Assembly (NCBI GenBank): GCA_046328615.1
Contig: JAXLWG010000019.1
Coordinates: 25,528 to 89,527 of the forward strand
Direction: 5' to 3'
Origin: Anaerolineae bacterium
Lineage (GTDB): Bacteria > Chloroflexota > Anaerolineae > Aggregatilineales > Phototrophicaceae
DNA length: 64,000 nt
Shown here in pieces: positions 30,877-40,134 of the stretch. The translations under genes were made by a program, and so were the position numbers. Under the pieces are notes generated by a model that had not been told where the DNA came from, made no database searches, and saw nothing but the letters and a program-made list of their open reading frames with translations. How positions within the stretch are numbered: the stretch's first letter is position 1; the number at the start of each line of letters is the position of its first letter.

Positions 30877-31740
30877 ATGGTCAAAAAACTCATCGTCGGA
30901 CTACTGCTCATCACTGTGATCGGCAGCGTGGGGATCGCCATTCTCAGTCAGCCCAACACGCTCACGACGGATACAGCGGCGGTCACCGCGACGCACATCC
31001 CGCAAGGCGGGCAAAATGGACAGGGTGGGCAGCCTGAAGCCTCCCGCGAACCGGTCAACGCAGCCGCAAGCAGTGTCGGTGACATGTGGAGCGGCAGCGG
31101 CACCATCCTCGAACTGACAGCGGTCGGCATGACGCTGCAACTTACGGACGGCAGCGAAGTCTTCGTCGAACTGGGGCCGGAAAGCTACTGGAGCGCACAG
31201 GGCGTGACGCTGCTGGCGGGCGCACAGGTCACGGTGGACGGCTTCTTTAACGGGACGGATTATCACGCCCGTGCGGTCACGACGAGCGGCGGCGCAGTGC
31301 TGACCGTGCGCGACGCAGCCGGATCGCCGCTGTGGTCAGGCGGAAACAGCGGTGGTTCAAACGGCGGTCAGGGCGAAGTGCAAATCCCGGCGGATCAATG
31401 GGTGACGGTCGAAGGTACGGTGACCGCACTCACCAACAACGGTTTGATCCTTCAAATGAGCGACGGTACAGCACTTACGGTGTCGTTCGGGCGCGCGGAT
31501 TTCTGGCCGCAGCAAACGGTCACGTTTGCGGTTGGCGATGCGATCTCGATGCTCGGCTTCTGGCAGGGTGAGCAGTTCAGCCCCGGTCAGGTGACGAAGA
31601 CGGCGACGGGCGAGCGCATTCTGCTCCGTGATCCGAACGGACGTCCATTGTGGGCGGGGCCCGGTCGTGGTCAGGGCAACGGGAACGGCGGACAGGGAAC
31701 GCATGTCACGCCGGAAGCGACCGCGACGCCTTCCGCCTAA
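30877..31740 (+). CDS. Membrane-anchored extracytoplasmic protein with two OB-fold-like repeats
   Basis: N-terminal TM helix; two repeats of G.(I/V)..LT..G..LQ..DG....V..G...(Y/F)W..Q......G.......GF...RD..G.PLW.G. Confidence 0.75.
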   Translation: MVKKLIVGLLLITVIGSVGIAILSQPNTLTTDTAAVTATHIPQGGQNGQGGQPEASREPVNAAASSVGDMWSGSGTILELTAVGMTLQLTDGSEVFVELGPESYWSAQGVTLLAGAQVTVDGFFNGTDYHARAVTTSGGAVLTVRDAAGSPLWSGGNSGGSNGGQGEVQIPADQWVTVEGTVTALTNNGLILQMSDGTALTVSFGRADFWPQQTVTFAVGDAISMLGFWQGEQFSPGQVTKTATGERILLRDPNGRPLWAGPGRGQGNGNGGQGTHVTPEATATPSA

Positions 31741-31765
31741 ACTGACAAACCGGAGACTATTGATC

Positions 31766-33166
31766 ATGACCGACAACCTTGACCCCCGACCTGATGACCT
31801 AAAACAGCGTATGTGGGAGTCCATCCAACGGGATGAACTCCCGCCCAAAGATGATCGCGGGCGGATGCGCGTGGTGATGAACAACCTGATCCTGCATCTG
31901 CATCCCAGTAAAGTTGCCAAACCGACGCTCAAATTCACCTACACATGGGGACTCGGCGGGCTGGCGCTGCTGCTGGTGACAATCCTCTCGCTCACAGGGG
32001 TGATGCTGATGTTCGTCTACACGCCCTCGCCCGAATTCGCCTATCAGGACATGCTCGCCCTGCAAACCGAAGTCTGGTTCGGGCAGTTGATCCGCAACCT
32101 GCACCACTGGAGCGGCAACCTGCTCGTAATCGTCGCGTTCTTTCATCTGCTGCGCGTATTCTTCACGGGTGGGTTCAAAACGCCGCGTGAGTTCAACTGG
32201 ATTTTAGGGATCGCGCTGCTGCTGTTGGTCGTCGGCGCGAATTTCACCGGCTACCTACTGCCGTGGGATCAACTGGCGTACTGGGCGGTGACCGTCGGTT
32301 CCAGTTTGCTCAGCTATGTCCCATTGATCGGGGAGCCGCTGCGCAATTTCCTGCTTGGCGGTCCCGAAGTCGGCGCGGCAACCCTGACCAACTTCTACGG
32401 GCTGCACGTGGCGATCATTCCGCTCACGCTGATGGGAATTGTCTCGTTTCATATTTGGCGTGTGCGCAAAGACAGCCTCACAATCCCGCACAAACTTGAT
32501 GGCTCAGTGGACGGCTCAGACTCGACTCAGGTTGAGAAAGTGACCACGCTGCCGCATCTGGTTTCGCGCGAATTCGTCTTCGCACTGGTGATGGCAGGCG
32601 CGATCCTGCTCTGGTCGGTGTGGGTGAATGCCCCACTCGAAGCCGCTGCCAACCCCGATCTCAGCCCCAACCCCGCTAAAGCCGCGTGGTATTTCATGGG
32701 CTTACAGGAACTCCTGCTGCATTTTCATCCCGTGTTCGGCGCGATCATCATCCCGGCATTGGGACTCGGCGCGCTAGCACTGCTGCCCTATCAACGCTTC
32801 GACTTGAGCGCCGAGGGCGTGTGGTTCCGCTCAAAAAAAGGGCGGCAGATGGCACTGGTCGGCGCGCTGATGGCGTTGATCGCCGTGCCGCTGCTGGTCA
32901 TCCTCGACGAGTACGTGATCGATCTGCCGGGGATGCTGCCGAGCCTGCCGACGATCATCAGCAACGGATGGATTCCGCTGGCAGCGCTGCTGCTGCTGGT
33001 GATCGGCTACTACGACGGGATGAAGCGGCTGTTCAAGGCGACGGCGTGTGAAACCCGACAAAGCGTGTTCGTGCTGCTGGTGGTGACGTTCATCGTGCTG
33101 ACCGTGATTGGTGTGGCGTTTCGGGGTGAAGGAATGGCGTTGATGCTCCCGTGGGAGGTGCTGTGA
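31766..33166 (+). CDS. Cytochrome b of a bc-type complex (cytochrome b6 + subunit IV-like fusion)
   Basis: Heme ligands RNLHHW...FHLLRVF and GLHV...SFHIWR; TGYLLPWDQLAYWA; NPAKAAWYFMGLQELL. Confidence 0.92.
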   Translation: MTDNLDPRPDDLKQRMWESIQRDELPPKDDRGRMRVVMNNLILHLHPSKVAKPTLKFTYTWGLGGLALLLVTILSLTGVMLMFVYTPSPEFAYQDMLALQTEVWFGQLIRNLHHWSGNLLVIVAFFHLLRVFFTGGFKTPREFNWILGIALLLLVVGANFTGYLLPWDQLAYWAVTVGSSLLSYVPLIGEPLRNFLLGGPEVGAATLTNFYGLHVAIIPLTLMGIVSFHIWRVRKDSLTIPHKLDGSVDGSDSTQVEKVTTLPHLVSREFVFALVMAGAILLWSVWVNAPLEAAANPDLSPNPAKAAWYFMGLQELLLHFHPVFGAIIIPALGLGALALLPYQRFDLSAEGVWFRSKKGRQMALVGALMALIAVPLLVILDEYVIDLPGMLPSLPTIISNGWIPLAALLLLVIGYYDGMKRLFKATACETRQSVFVLLVVTFIVLTVIGVAFRGEGMALMLPWEVL

Positions 33167-33657
33167 TGACTGAAAATAACGTATCGCGCCGCGACTTTCT
33201 AAAGATCGCGTGGGGCGCGGCTGGTGCGCTGGCAGCCGCCGAAGCGGGCGGCGTAGTCTTGAGCTTCTTCTCGCCCCGCATTGTGGAAGGCGAGTTCGGT
33301 GGGATGATCGACGCGGGCACGGTCGAGTCGTTCCCGCTCGGCAGTGTGACTCCGTTCACACAGGGGCGCTTCTACTTGGTACGGATGCCCGACGGCGGTT
33401 TTGTGGCGCTCTACCGCAAATGCACGCATCTCGGCTGCGCTGTCCCGTGGAATCCGGCGGAAAGCAAGTTCATTTGCCCGTGTCACGGCTCCCAGTTTGA
33501 GCAGGATGGGCAGGTGATCAACGCGCCCGCGCCGCGTCCGCTGGATCGCTTTGCCATCACGATTGAAAACGGAATCGTCAAAGTCGATACCGGCACGCCG
33601 ATCCAGCGCGATCGCGCCAGCGATGCCGATTTGGTCTACGCGGAGGTGCAGCCATGA
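33166..33657 (+). CDS. Rieske [2Fe-2S] subunit
   Basis: Tat motif SRRDFLK; CTHLGC and CPCHGS boxes. Confidence 0.95.
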   Translation: MTENNVSRRDFLKIAWGAAGALAAAEAGGVVLSFFSPRIVEGEFGGMIDAGTVESFPLGSVTPFTQGRFYLVRMPDGGFVALYRKCTHLGCAVPWNPAESKFICPCHGSQFEQDGQVINAPAPRPLDRFAITIENGIVKVDTGTPIQRDRASDADLVYAEVQP

Positions 33658-34715
33658 CCCGTCAAATGAGTTGGATCGCCTTGATCGGTACCTTCATGAT
33701 CGCGGCGGCATTCGGGATCGCCGTGATCCGCGAACCCGCACGGCAGGCAGAAGCGGCAGCGGCGCTTAATACGGCGCTGATCGCTGAAGGGACGGACTTA
33801 TACGCGGAAAACTGCGTCGCCTGTCACGGGTCAAGCGGCGAAGGCATCGCCGCCTATCCCCCGCTGACGACAGCGGTCAGCATGGATACGCAGACAATCT
33901 ACAACACGATTGACCGCGGGCGCTACAATACAGGAATGGCGGCATTCGGCGTCGATGAAGGTGGCGTGCTGACTGGAATGCAGATTGAAAGCCTCGTCAC
34001 CATGCTGCAAGCCGGTACATGGGATAGCGTCGCCGTGCGTGTGGCGGAGCTCGGCTTGACGCCGCCGCAGATCATCGTCGCAGAGATTCCCGCCGAAACG
34101 CTGGCAGTGGTTCAAACGCTGCCCGATGGCGTGGCGCTCTCGGCAGGCTTGACCGTGTACGCGGAAAACTGCGCGGCGTGTCACGGCGCGAACGGCGAAG
34201 GCTCGACCCTCGCGCCCGCACTGAATACGGATGAACTGCGCGTCCGCCTAAGCGACGCGGATATTCAGCGTATCATCAGCGAAGGCGTGCCCGGAACGCT
34301 CATGACATCATGGTCAAACGCGCTGGATGCGGCGCAACAGCAAGCCGTCGTGACGCTGATCAGCCGTTGGGGCGAACTGAACGCCGCCGGAGTCAGCCTG
34401 CCCACGATTGAAGCCGCACCGCTCGACATGAGTCCGCAATCAGTGGCGACTGGGCAGCACTTATTTGATCTGCTGTGTACGCAGTGTCACGGCATCGACG
34501 GCTACGGCTCACCGATTGCGCCTGCGCTGAATAATCAAACATTCCTGAGCACGACGCCCGACGCGGCAATTCAGGCAATCATCGCGGGCGGCGTGACGGG
34601 CACGGTCATGCCCGCGTGGAGCGGCTATTTGACCGATGCCGACATCGCGGCAGTTACGGCGTATCTGCGCAGTTTGCAGCCCACCGCGCCGATTGTCGCG
34701 CCCGCGCAGCCGTGA
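33654..34715 (+). CDS. Membrane-anchored triheme class I cytochrome c
   Basis: Three CxxCH motifs (CVACH, CAACH, CTQCH), each followed by a distal Met region. Confidence 0.93.
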   Translation: MTRQMSWIALIGTFMIAAAFGIAVIREPARQAEAAAALNTALIAEGTDLYAENCVACHGSSGEGIAAYPPLTTAVSMDTQTIYNTIDRGRYNTGMAAFGVDEGGVLTGMQIESLVTMLQAGTWDSVAVRVAELGLTPPQIIVAEIPAETLAVVQTLPDGVALSAGLTVYAENCAACHGANGEGSTLAPALNTDELRVRLSDADIQRIISEGVPGTLMTSWSNALDAAQQQAVVTLISRWGELNAAGVSLPTIEAAPLDMSPQSVATGQHLFDLLCTQCHGIDGYGSPIAPALNNQTFLSTTPDAAIQAIIAGGVTGTVMPAWSGYLTDADIAAVTAYLRSLQPTAPIVAPAQP

Positions 34716-34747
34716 CTATAATCGCGTGAACGAAGAAAGGCGGACGC

Positions 34748-35434
34748 ATGGCGCACAAAATACTTATCGCAGATGATGAACAGGCGATCCTCGATACGGT
34801 GCGGGCGTATTTGATCGAAGCGGGAATGCAAGTCGTGACGGCGAAAAACGGACGGGAGGCGGTCTACACCTTCCGTCACGAGCAGCCTGCGCTGGTCATC
34901 CTTGATGTGATGATGCCGGAGATGGACGGTTGGGAAGCGGCGCGCTTGATCCGCAAGGAGAGTCAAATCCCGCTGCTGTTCCTGACCGCCCGCGTCGATG
35001 ACATCGATCATGTGACCGGGTTGGAGATTGGCGCGGATGAGTACATCACCAAGCCATTCAGCCCGCGTGTGCTGGTTGCCCATGTGCGCGCTTTGCTCCG
35101 CCGGGTGTATGGGGATTTGGGAACGGTCACTCCGGTGTGGCGTGCTGGTGATCTGGAAGTCAACAGCGAGACGCACACGGTCACCCGTGCCGGGGAGCAC
35201 ATCGACCTCACGCCGACCGAATTTGAACTCTTGGCGGCGCTCATCGCCCGACCGGGGCGCGTGTTCACCCGCGCCGAACTGCTCGACCGCTTGCAGGGGC
35301 AAAGTTTCGCCGCCTTCGAGCGCGCGATTGATGTCCACATCAAGAATCTGCGCGCCAAGATCGAAACCGATCCGCATGACCCGCAGTACATCGAAACCGT
35401 ATTCGGTGTTGGCTACCGCATGAGAGAAGCGTAG
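34748..35434 (+). CDS. OmpR-family response regulator
   Basis: ILIADDE, LDVMMPEMDG, KPFSPR, LTPTEFELL, IDVHIKNLRAK, TVFGVGY. Confidence 0.96.
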   Translation: MAHKILIADDEQAILDTVRAYLIEAGMQVVTAKNGREAVYTFRHEQPALVILDVMMPEMDGWEAARLIRKESQIPLLFLTARVDDIDHVTGLEIGADEYITKPFSPRVLVAHVRALLRRVYGDLGTVTPVWRAGDLEVNSETHTVTRAGEHIDLTPTEFELLAALIARPGRVFTRAELLDRLQGQSFAAFERAIDVHIKNLRAKIETDPHDPQYIETVFGVGYRMREA

Positions 35435-35435
35435 C

Positions 35436-36812
35436 ATGTTCAATCGTCTGTCCGTTCGGCTGTCGCTGGCGTTTTTGCTCTCTGTGTGGATCGGCATTGC
35501 GGCGATGGTGCTGGTGGTGCAGCGCACGCTCGACGCGGGCTTTCGACAATACGTCATCAGCCGCGACAATGCTGTGAACTCCGATCTATTAGCGCGACTG
35601 GAAGCCTATTACGCCGCCAACGTCACTTGGGATGGAGCAAGGTCACTCCTGAGCGGACGGGGATCGGCGGGCAATGGTGCAGGCGGCGGCGAAACCGGGC
35701 GCGGTGCGACGTTCTCCATCGTCGGGCTGGATCATAGGATCATCGCCTCAACAGACCGAGCGCTCGAAGGAACCGCAGTTGATGCGGTGCTGCTTGACAC
35801 AGCGCTCATCGTGGACGGCGTGCAAGTCGGATGGCTCTACCGTCAATCGCCGGGAATACAGGCGCTCGGCGCGGCAGAAGTCGCCTTCTTGGATGAGTCA
35901 AACCGCTGGCTGACTGCTGCAGGACTCGGCGCGACAGCGCTGGCGCTGCTCGTCGGCGTGATCCTTGCCTATTCGCTGGCGCGCCCGCTGCGCGAACTCA
36001 CGACCGCCGCACGCGATCTCTCCGTGGGTCAGTTGGGGCGACAGGTCAGCGTACGGGGCACGGTTGAAGTCAACGCGCTGGCGGCAGAATTCAATACGAT
36101 GTCACAAGCCCTCGCAGAAGCGGAATCGCTACGTCAGCGTATGGCGGCAGATGTGGCGCACGAACTTCGCACCCCGGTGAGCGTCCTGCGCGGACACCTC
36201 GAAGCCATGTTGGACGGCGTGTATCCCCTCGACAGTGGGCATGTCGCCGTCGCCCATGATCAGACGATTCACCTTGCGCGGCTCGTCGAAGATTTGCGCG
36301 TGCTGACCCTTGCGGAGGCCAAGCGGCTGCCGCTCGAACGGACGCAGATCGACCCGGCGGCGCTGGTGAGTCAACTTCTGGATGCCTTCGAGCCGCTGGC
36401 ACTTGACGGCGAAATTCACTTCATCCGGGAGATCGCACCCGATTTGCCCGCGATCCATGTGGATGTGACTCGCATCCGTCAGGTGATCTCGAATCTGCTC
36501 ACCAATGCGCTGCGCCACACTCCAACCGGAGGCGAAATCGCCGTCAGCGTGAAGCGTGAGAACGGCTCGGTGTGCTTCAGTGTGTCGAATACCGGGAGTC
36601 ATCTCAGCGATACCGAAGCGGCGCAGGTTTTTCAACCGTTCTGGCGGGCTGCCGCCGCCCGCGAACGGGACAGCGGCGGCAGCGGACTCGGCTTGGCGAT
36701 CAGCCGGGAGATTGTCGCGCTGCACGGCGGATTGATGACGGTTGAAACCTGTGATAATCAGGTAACGTTCATGTTTACAGTGCCGATTAGAGATGGGCTG
36801 GATTCTCCTTGA
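35436..36812 (+). CDS. HAMP-domain sensor histidine kinase (BaeS-like)
   Basis: Two TM helices, HAMP domain, DVAHELRTP, NLLTNALRH, GSGLGLAI. Confidence 0.96.
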   Translation: MFNRLSVRLSLAFLLSVWIGIAAMVLVVQRTLDAGFRQYVISRDNAVNSDLLARLEAYYAANVTWDGARSLLSGRGSAGNGAGGGETGRGATFSIVGLDHRIIASTDRALEGTAVDAVLLDTALIVDGVQVGWLYRQSPGIQALGAAEVAFLDESNRWLTAAGLGATALALLVGVILAYSLARPLRELTTAARDLSVGQLGRQVSVRGTVEVNALAAEFNTMSQALAEAESLRQRMAADVAHELRTPVSVLRGHLEAMLDGVYPLDSGHVAVAHDQTIHLARLVEDLRVLTLAEAKRLPLERTQIDPAALVSQLLDAFEPLALDGEIHFIREIAPDLPAIHVDVTRIRQVISNLLTNALRHTPTGGEIAVSVKRENGSVCFSVSNTGSHLSDTEAAQVFQPFWRAAAARERDSGGSGLGLAISREIVALHGGLMTVETCDNQVTFMFTVPIRDGLDSP

Positions 36813-36897
36813 AGAACGCCCAGCCTGATGATTACCGGTATCACCGGCATACTGACGTTTCGCGGATGAGGAGTCAAAAAGGGCGTGTCGGTAGTGG

Positions 36898-37356
36898 TCA
36901 CGGGAGATCCGCATCATGCTTGCTTAATTGATCGATGAGAAAGGTCAGCTTATCACGCAGATGGATCAATTCCTCTAGGTTCACCTGATCGGACACCAAC
37001 CCGGAGACGAATTGTTCCGGAATTTTGACCGCATCTGCCTGAAGCTGATTGCCCTTTTCGGTCAGAGCAACGATGACCTTGCGTTCATCATCTTCGGAAC
37101 GACGCCGTTCGATCAGTCCCTGCGCTTCCATGCGCTTGAGCAGCGGCGTGATGGTATTAGTATTGAGCAACAAGCGTTCGGCTATCTCGCCAACCGTGAC
37201 ACGATCCTTTTCCCACAGCACCAACAGCACCAGATATTGCGGATAGGTAATCTCTAGTGCATCCAGATAGGGCTGATATTCGCGCACAAACAGACGCGAT
37301 GCCGCATAGATGGGAAAGCAGATCTGGTTTTTCAACCGAAGCTGTTCATAAGCCAT
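36898..37356 (-). CDS. MarR family regulator, OhrR-like
   Basis: QLRLKNQICFPIYAASR (sensing Cys), ITYPQYLVLLVLWE, TITPLLKRME, DERKV. Confidence 0.92.
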   Translation of the reverse strand: MAYEQLRLKNQICFPIYAASRLFVREYQPYLDALEITYPQYLVLLVLWEKDRVTVGEIAERLLLNTNTITPLLKRMEAQGLIERRRSEDDERKVIVALTEKGNQLQADAVKIPEQFVSGLVSDQVNLEELIHLRDKLTFLIDQLSKHDADLP

Positions 37357-37374
37357 AGGCGTTCACTTCACAGG

Positions 37375-37414
37375 AAAGGTCATACAAACAAGTGTTGGTT
37401 ATTGTATGACCTTT
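37375..37414. repeat. 13-bp inverted repeat between doxX and marR
   Basis: AAAGGTCATACAA-N14-TTGTATGACCTTT. Confidence 0.6.
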
Positions 37415-37443
37415 TGCGGCAACCGAAAAGTGATGCAGGAGGT

Positions 37444-37908
37444 TTATACCCCAGCGCGTTTCTGGTCTGCTGCATTCGCCTCCGCTGTGCGGCGAGTACG
37501 CCATGCTTGCCATGCTCCTGTAGACCAGAGGGCCCAGATCACCAGTACCGGTTGAAACAGGAGCCGGATCGCGCGAGCTTCATCCGTATTCAGCATGAAG
37601 GCATTGACATGATTGAGATACTGCGCGATGTTGCCGGGGAAGACCAGTACGAAGAATGCAGCCGCAGCCCAGCCGACGATTACCCGATAACGTTCGAGCA
37701 TAATCAAGGATACGCCGAGCGTTAATTCGACTAGACCGGATAAAACGACCACTAGATCGCCATCCAACGGTATCCAATGAGGAACCTGCGCCAGAAATTC
37801 AGTGCGTGCGAAAGTGAGGTGTGAGGCTCCGGCAAAGAGCAGGCTGGCTCCTAACAGCCATCTGAACAGGGTTTGAACGAGACTTACGGAAGCCTTCGAC
37901 TCCATCAT
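37444..37908 (-). CDS. DoxX-family membrane protein
   Basis: AG.SH..F...EF.AQVP, SG.VE, VFPGNIAQY, RL.FQP.LV.WALWSTG. Confidence 0.85.
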   Translation of the reverse strand: MMESKASVSLVQTLFRWLLGASLLFAGASHLTFARTEFLAQVPHWIPLDGDLVVVLSGLVELTLGVSLIMLERYRVIVGWAAAAFFVLVFPGNIAQYLNHVNAFMLNTDEARAIRLLFQPVLVIWALWSTGAWQAWRTRRTAEANAADQKRAGV

Positions 37909-37940
37909 GACTCTCCATGGTTAATATACATCTTGCATGA

Positions 37941-37960
37941 TTGTATCGCTTGCGATATAA
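37941..37960. promoter_or_regulatory. Putative MarR/OhrR operator
   Basis: Near-palindrome TTGTATCGC-TT-GCGATATAA upstream of doxX. Confidence 0.5.
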
Positions 37961-38162
37961 AATGTCAAAGCGACAGGGATATAGGGTAGTGGTGAGATAA
38001 ATCGTTGAGAATTCCCGGTTGACGTGCACAGGCAGATCGATGTGTCCTGATTTCAGAAGCTAAGGCTGGAAGCCAAGAAGCGACTTCTTGCTGGTTCCCG
38101 TGACATGGATCATTCCTGAGATAAAATGGACGGTTAGGAGTATCGATGGAGGGGATTGAACT

Positions 38163-38837
38163 GTGAGCTTCTTCTATGAGGATCGCCTGTCATCCTCACC
38201 GCTCATCGAGTCCATCTGGCATACACGAGGAGAAAGCACCGGCTGTCATCTGGCCATTGCCGACGGAAGCTGGGATTTCATCGTTATCCGCATGGGGGAT
38301 CAAACCAGTATGTTTGTGGCCGGGGCTTCCACACAGGCGGCACCGATTCCCTACGAACCGGGTATCGAGTATGTTGGCATACGAATGAAGATCGGTGCTT
38401 TTATGCCTCAGTGGCCAGCCTCTGACTTTCTCGACAATATGGTGCAGTTGCCCAAGGCGACCCAACATTCCTTTTGGCTGCATGACGCGATGCTCGAAAT
38501 CCCCACCTTCGAGAATGTAGAAACGTTTATCGAAAAGCTGGTGCGTAAACATCTCGTGACCTTCGACCCCATTATCGAAGCATCGCTTCAGGGCGATCAT
38601 GACATGTCCTTACGCTCGATACAGCGGCATTTTGTGAATGCCACTGGTATCACACAGGCGATGATTCGACAAATCGAACGCGCTCGTTACGCGCAAACAC
38701 TGCTGTTGGAAGGAAAGTCCATCCTCGAGACAGTCTTTGCAGCCGGATTTACCGACCAGCCCCACATGACCAAGGCGATGAAGCAGTTTATCGGGCTTAC
38801 ACCCGGTCAGCTTGCCCGCTTGAATCAATCCAGATAA
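38163..38837 (+). CDS. AraC family transcriptional regulator
   Basis: SLRSIQRHF...TG; AGFTDQPHMTKAMKQFIGLTP. Confidence 0.9.
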   Translation: MSFFYEDRLSSSPLIESIWHTRGESTGCHLAIADGSWDFIVIRMGDQTSMFVAGASTQAAPIPYEPGIEYVGIRMKIGAFMPQWPASDFLDNMVQLPKATQHSFWLHDAMLEIPTFENVETFIEKLVRKHLVTFDPIIEASLQGDHDMSLRSIQRHFVNATGITQAMIRQIERARYAQTLLLEGKSILETVFAAGFTDQPHMTKAMKQFIGLTPGQLARLNQSR

Positions 38838-38916
38838 CTGTCGTTTTTATACAAGAGTTCAGCCGCTCCGACCACTAAAATGCCCTCATCGCTCACTCAA
38901 CCGGGAGTTTCCTGCG

Positions 38917-40071
38917 ATGTCGGTTACCCCTTTTCGGATCGATATTCCGCAAGCTGCCCTTGATGATCTTCAGCAGCGGCTGCGCCAAGTCCGTTGGCCG
39001 GATGCGGAGCAAAACGCTGACTGGGTAATGGGTGCCAGCCTCGACTATCTCAAAGCGCTAACTGAATACTGGCAGACTCAGTACGATTGGCGCACACACG
39101 AAGCGAGCCTTAACCAATTCAACCAGTTTGTTGCGGAAATCGATGACAGCAAAATCCACTTCATCCACGAGTACGGGAAAGGCCCGAATCCGAAGCCGCT
39201 GCTCCTGCTTCACGGCTGGCCCGATTCGTTTTATCGCTTTCATAAAGTAATACCTCTTCTGACTGATCCGGCGCGTTTTGGCGGCAGTGCCGAAGAATCA
39301 TTCGATGTCATCATCCCGTCTCTGCCGGGCTTCGGCTTTTCCAGCCGCCCCACTGCACCGGGCAGCATGAAATCGACCCGGACGACTGAACTGATGGTCA
39401 AGTTGATGACCGATAAACTGGGATATGATCGGTATTTGGTAGCGGGCGGTGACATCGGCGCACGAATCACACGCTTGCTGGCGCTAGCATACCCGGAACG
39501 CGTCGCCGGGATTCACCTAACCGATATTGGTTTTCCCCGCGACATCAGTTTTCCGGCGGCTGTCCCTGATCCGCTGCCTGTCGAGCAGCAGTTCATGGGG
39601 GCTGCTCAGTTCTGGTTCATCATGGAAGGGGCTTACGCAGCCGTGCAATCGAGCTGCCCTCAAACGCTGGCATTCGCATTGAATGACAGCCCTGTGGGTC
39701 TGGCAGCTTGGATCATCGACAAGTTCCGCGCTTGGAGCGATTGTCAAGGCGATATCGAGCAGTGCTACAGCAAAGATGAGCTGCTTACCAATATCATGAT
39801 CTACTGGCTCACAGAAACCATTTCCTCTTCTATCCGCTTGTATTTCGAAGATGGACGCACCAGCTCACAGATTGCAGCGGGCACACGGATCGAAGTTCCG
39901 GCGGCGCTGGCGCTTTTCCCCAAGGATTTCACCCACCCTCCGCGAGAAATCGCCGATCGCTTCTTACAGATACGCCGTTGGACGGAGATGGAGCGCGGCG
40001 GACATTTCGCGGCCTTAGAAGCACCAACCGTCTATAGTGAGGATCTCCGTGCTTTTGCACGGATGCTGTAA
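38917..40071 (+). CDS. Epoxide hydrolase (EHN domain + alpha/beta hydrolase)
   Basis: PFRIDIP, YDWR, LLHGWP, PSLPGFGFS, GGDIG, DSPVGLAAW, GGHFAALE. Confidence 0.95.
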   Translation: MSVTPFRIDIPQAALDDLQQRLRQVRWPDAEQNADWVMGASLDYLKALTEYWQTQYDWRTHEASLNQFNQFVAEIDDSKIHFIHEYGKGPNPKPLLLLHGWPDSFYRFHKVIPLLTDPARFGGSAEESFDVIIPSLPGFGFSSRPTAPGSMKSTRTTELMVKLMTDKLGYDRYLVAGGDIGARITRLLALAYPERVAGIHLTDIGFPRDISFPAAVPDPLPVEQQFMGAAQFWFIMEGAYAAVQSSCPQTLAFALNDSPVGLAAWIIDKFRAWSDCQGDIEQCYSKDELLTNIMIYWLTETISSSIRLYFEDGRTSSQIAAGTRIEVPAALALFPKDFTHPPREIADRFLQIRRWTEMERGGHFAALEAPTVYSEDLRAFARML

Positions 40072-40134
40072 TTCCAGTTCTCCGCTTTGACTGTGAATAG
40101 CTTTGCCTGATCTACAGGATCAAGGAGTCGCACC

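Noticed and set aside
30877-31740. Magnetosome gene interpretation of the MamS/MamX-like repeat
   Set aside because: No other mam genes are present, and this OB-fold type is not restricted to magnetotactic bacteria.
34625-36917. 314-aa and 262-aa minus-strand ORFs
   Set aside because: Antisense shadows of the response regulator and kinase.
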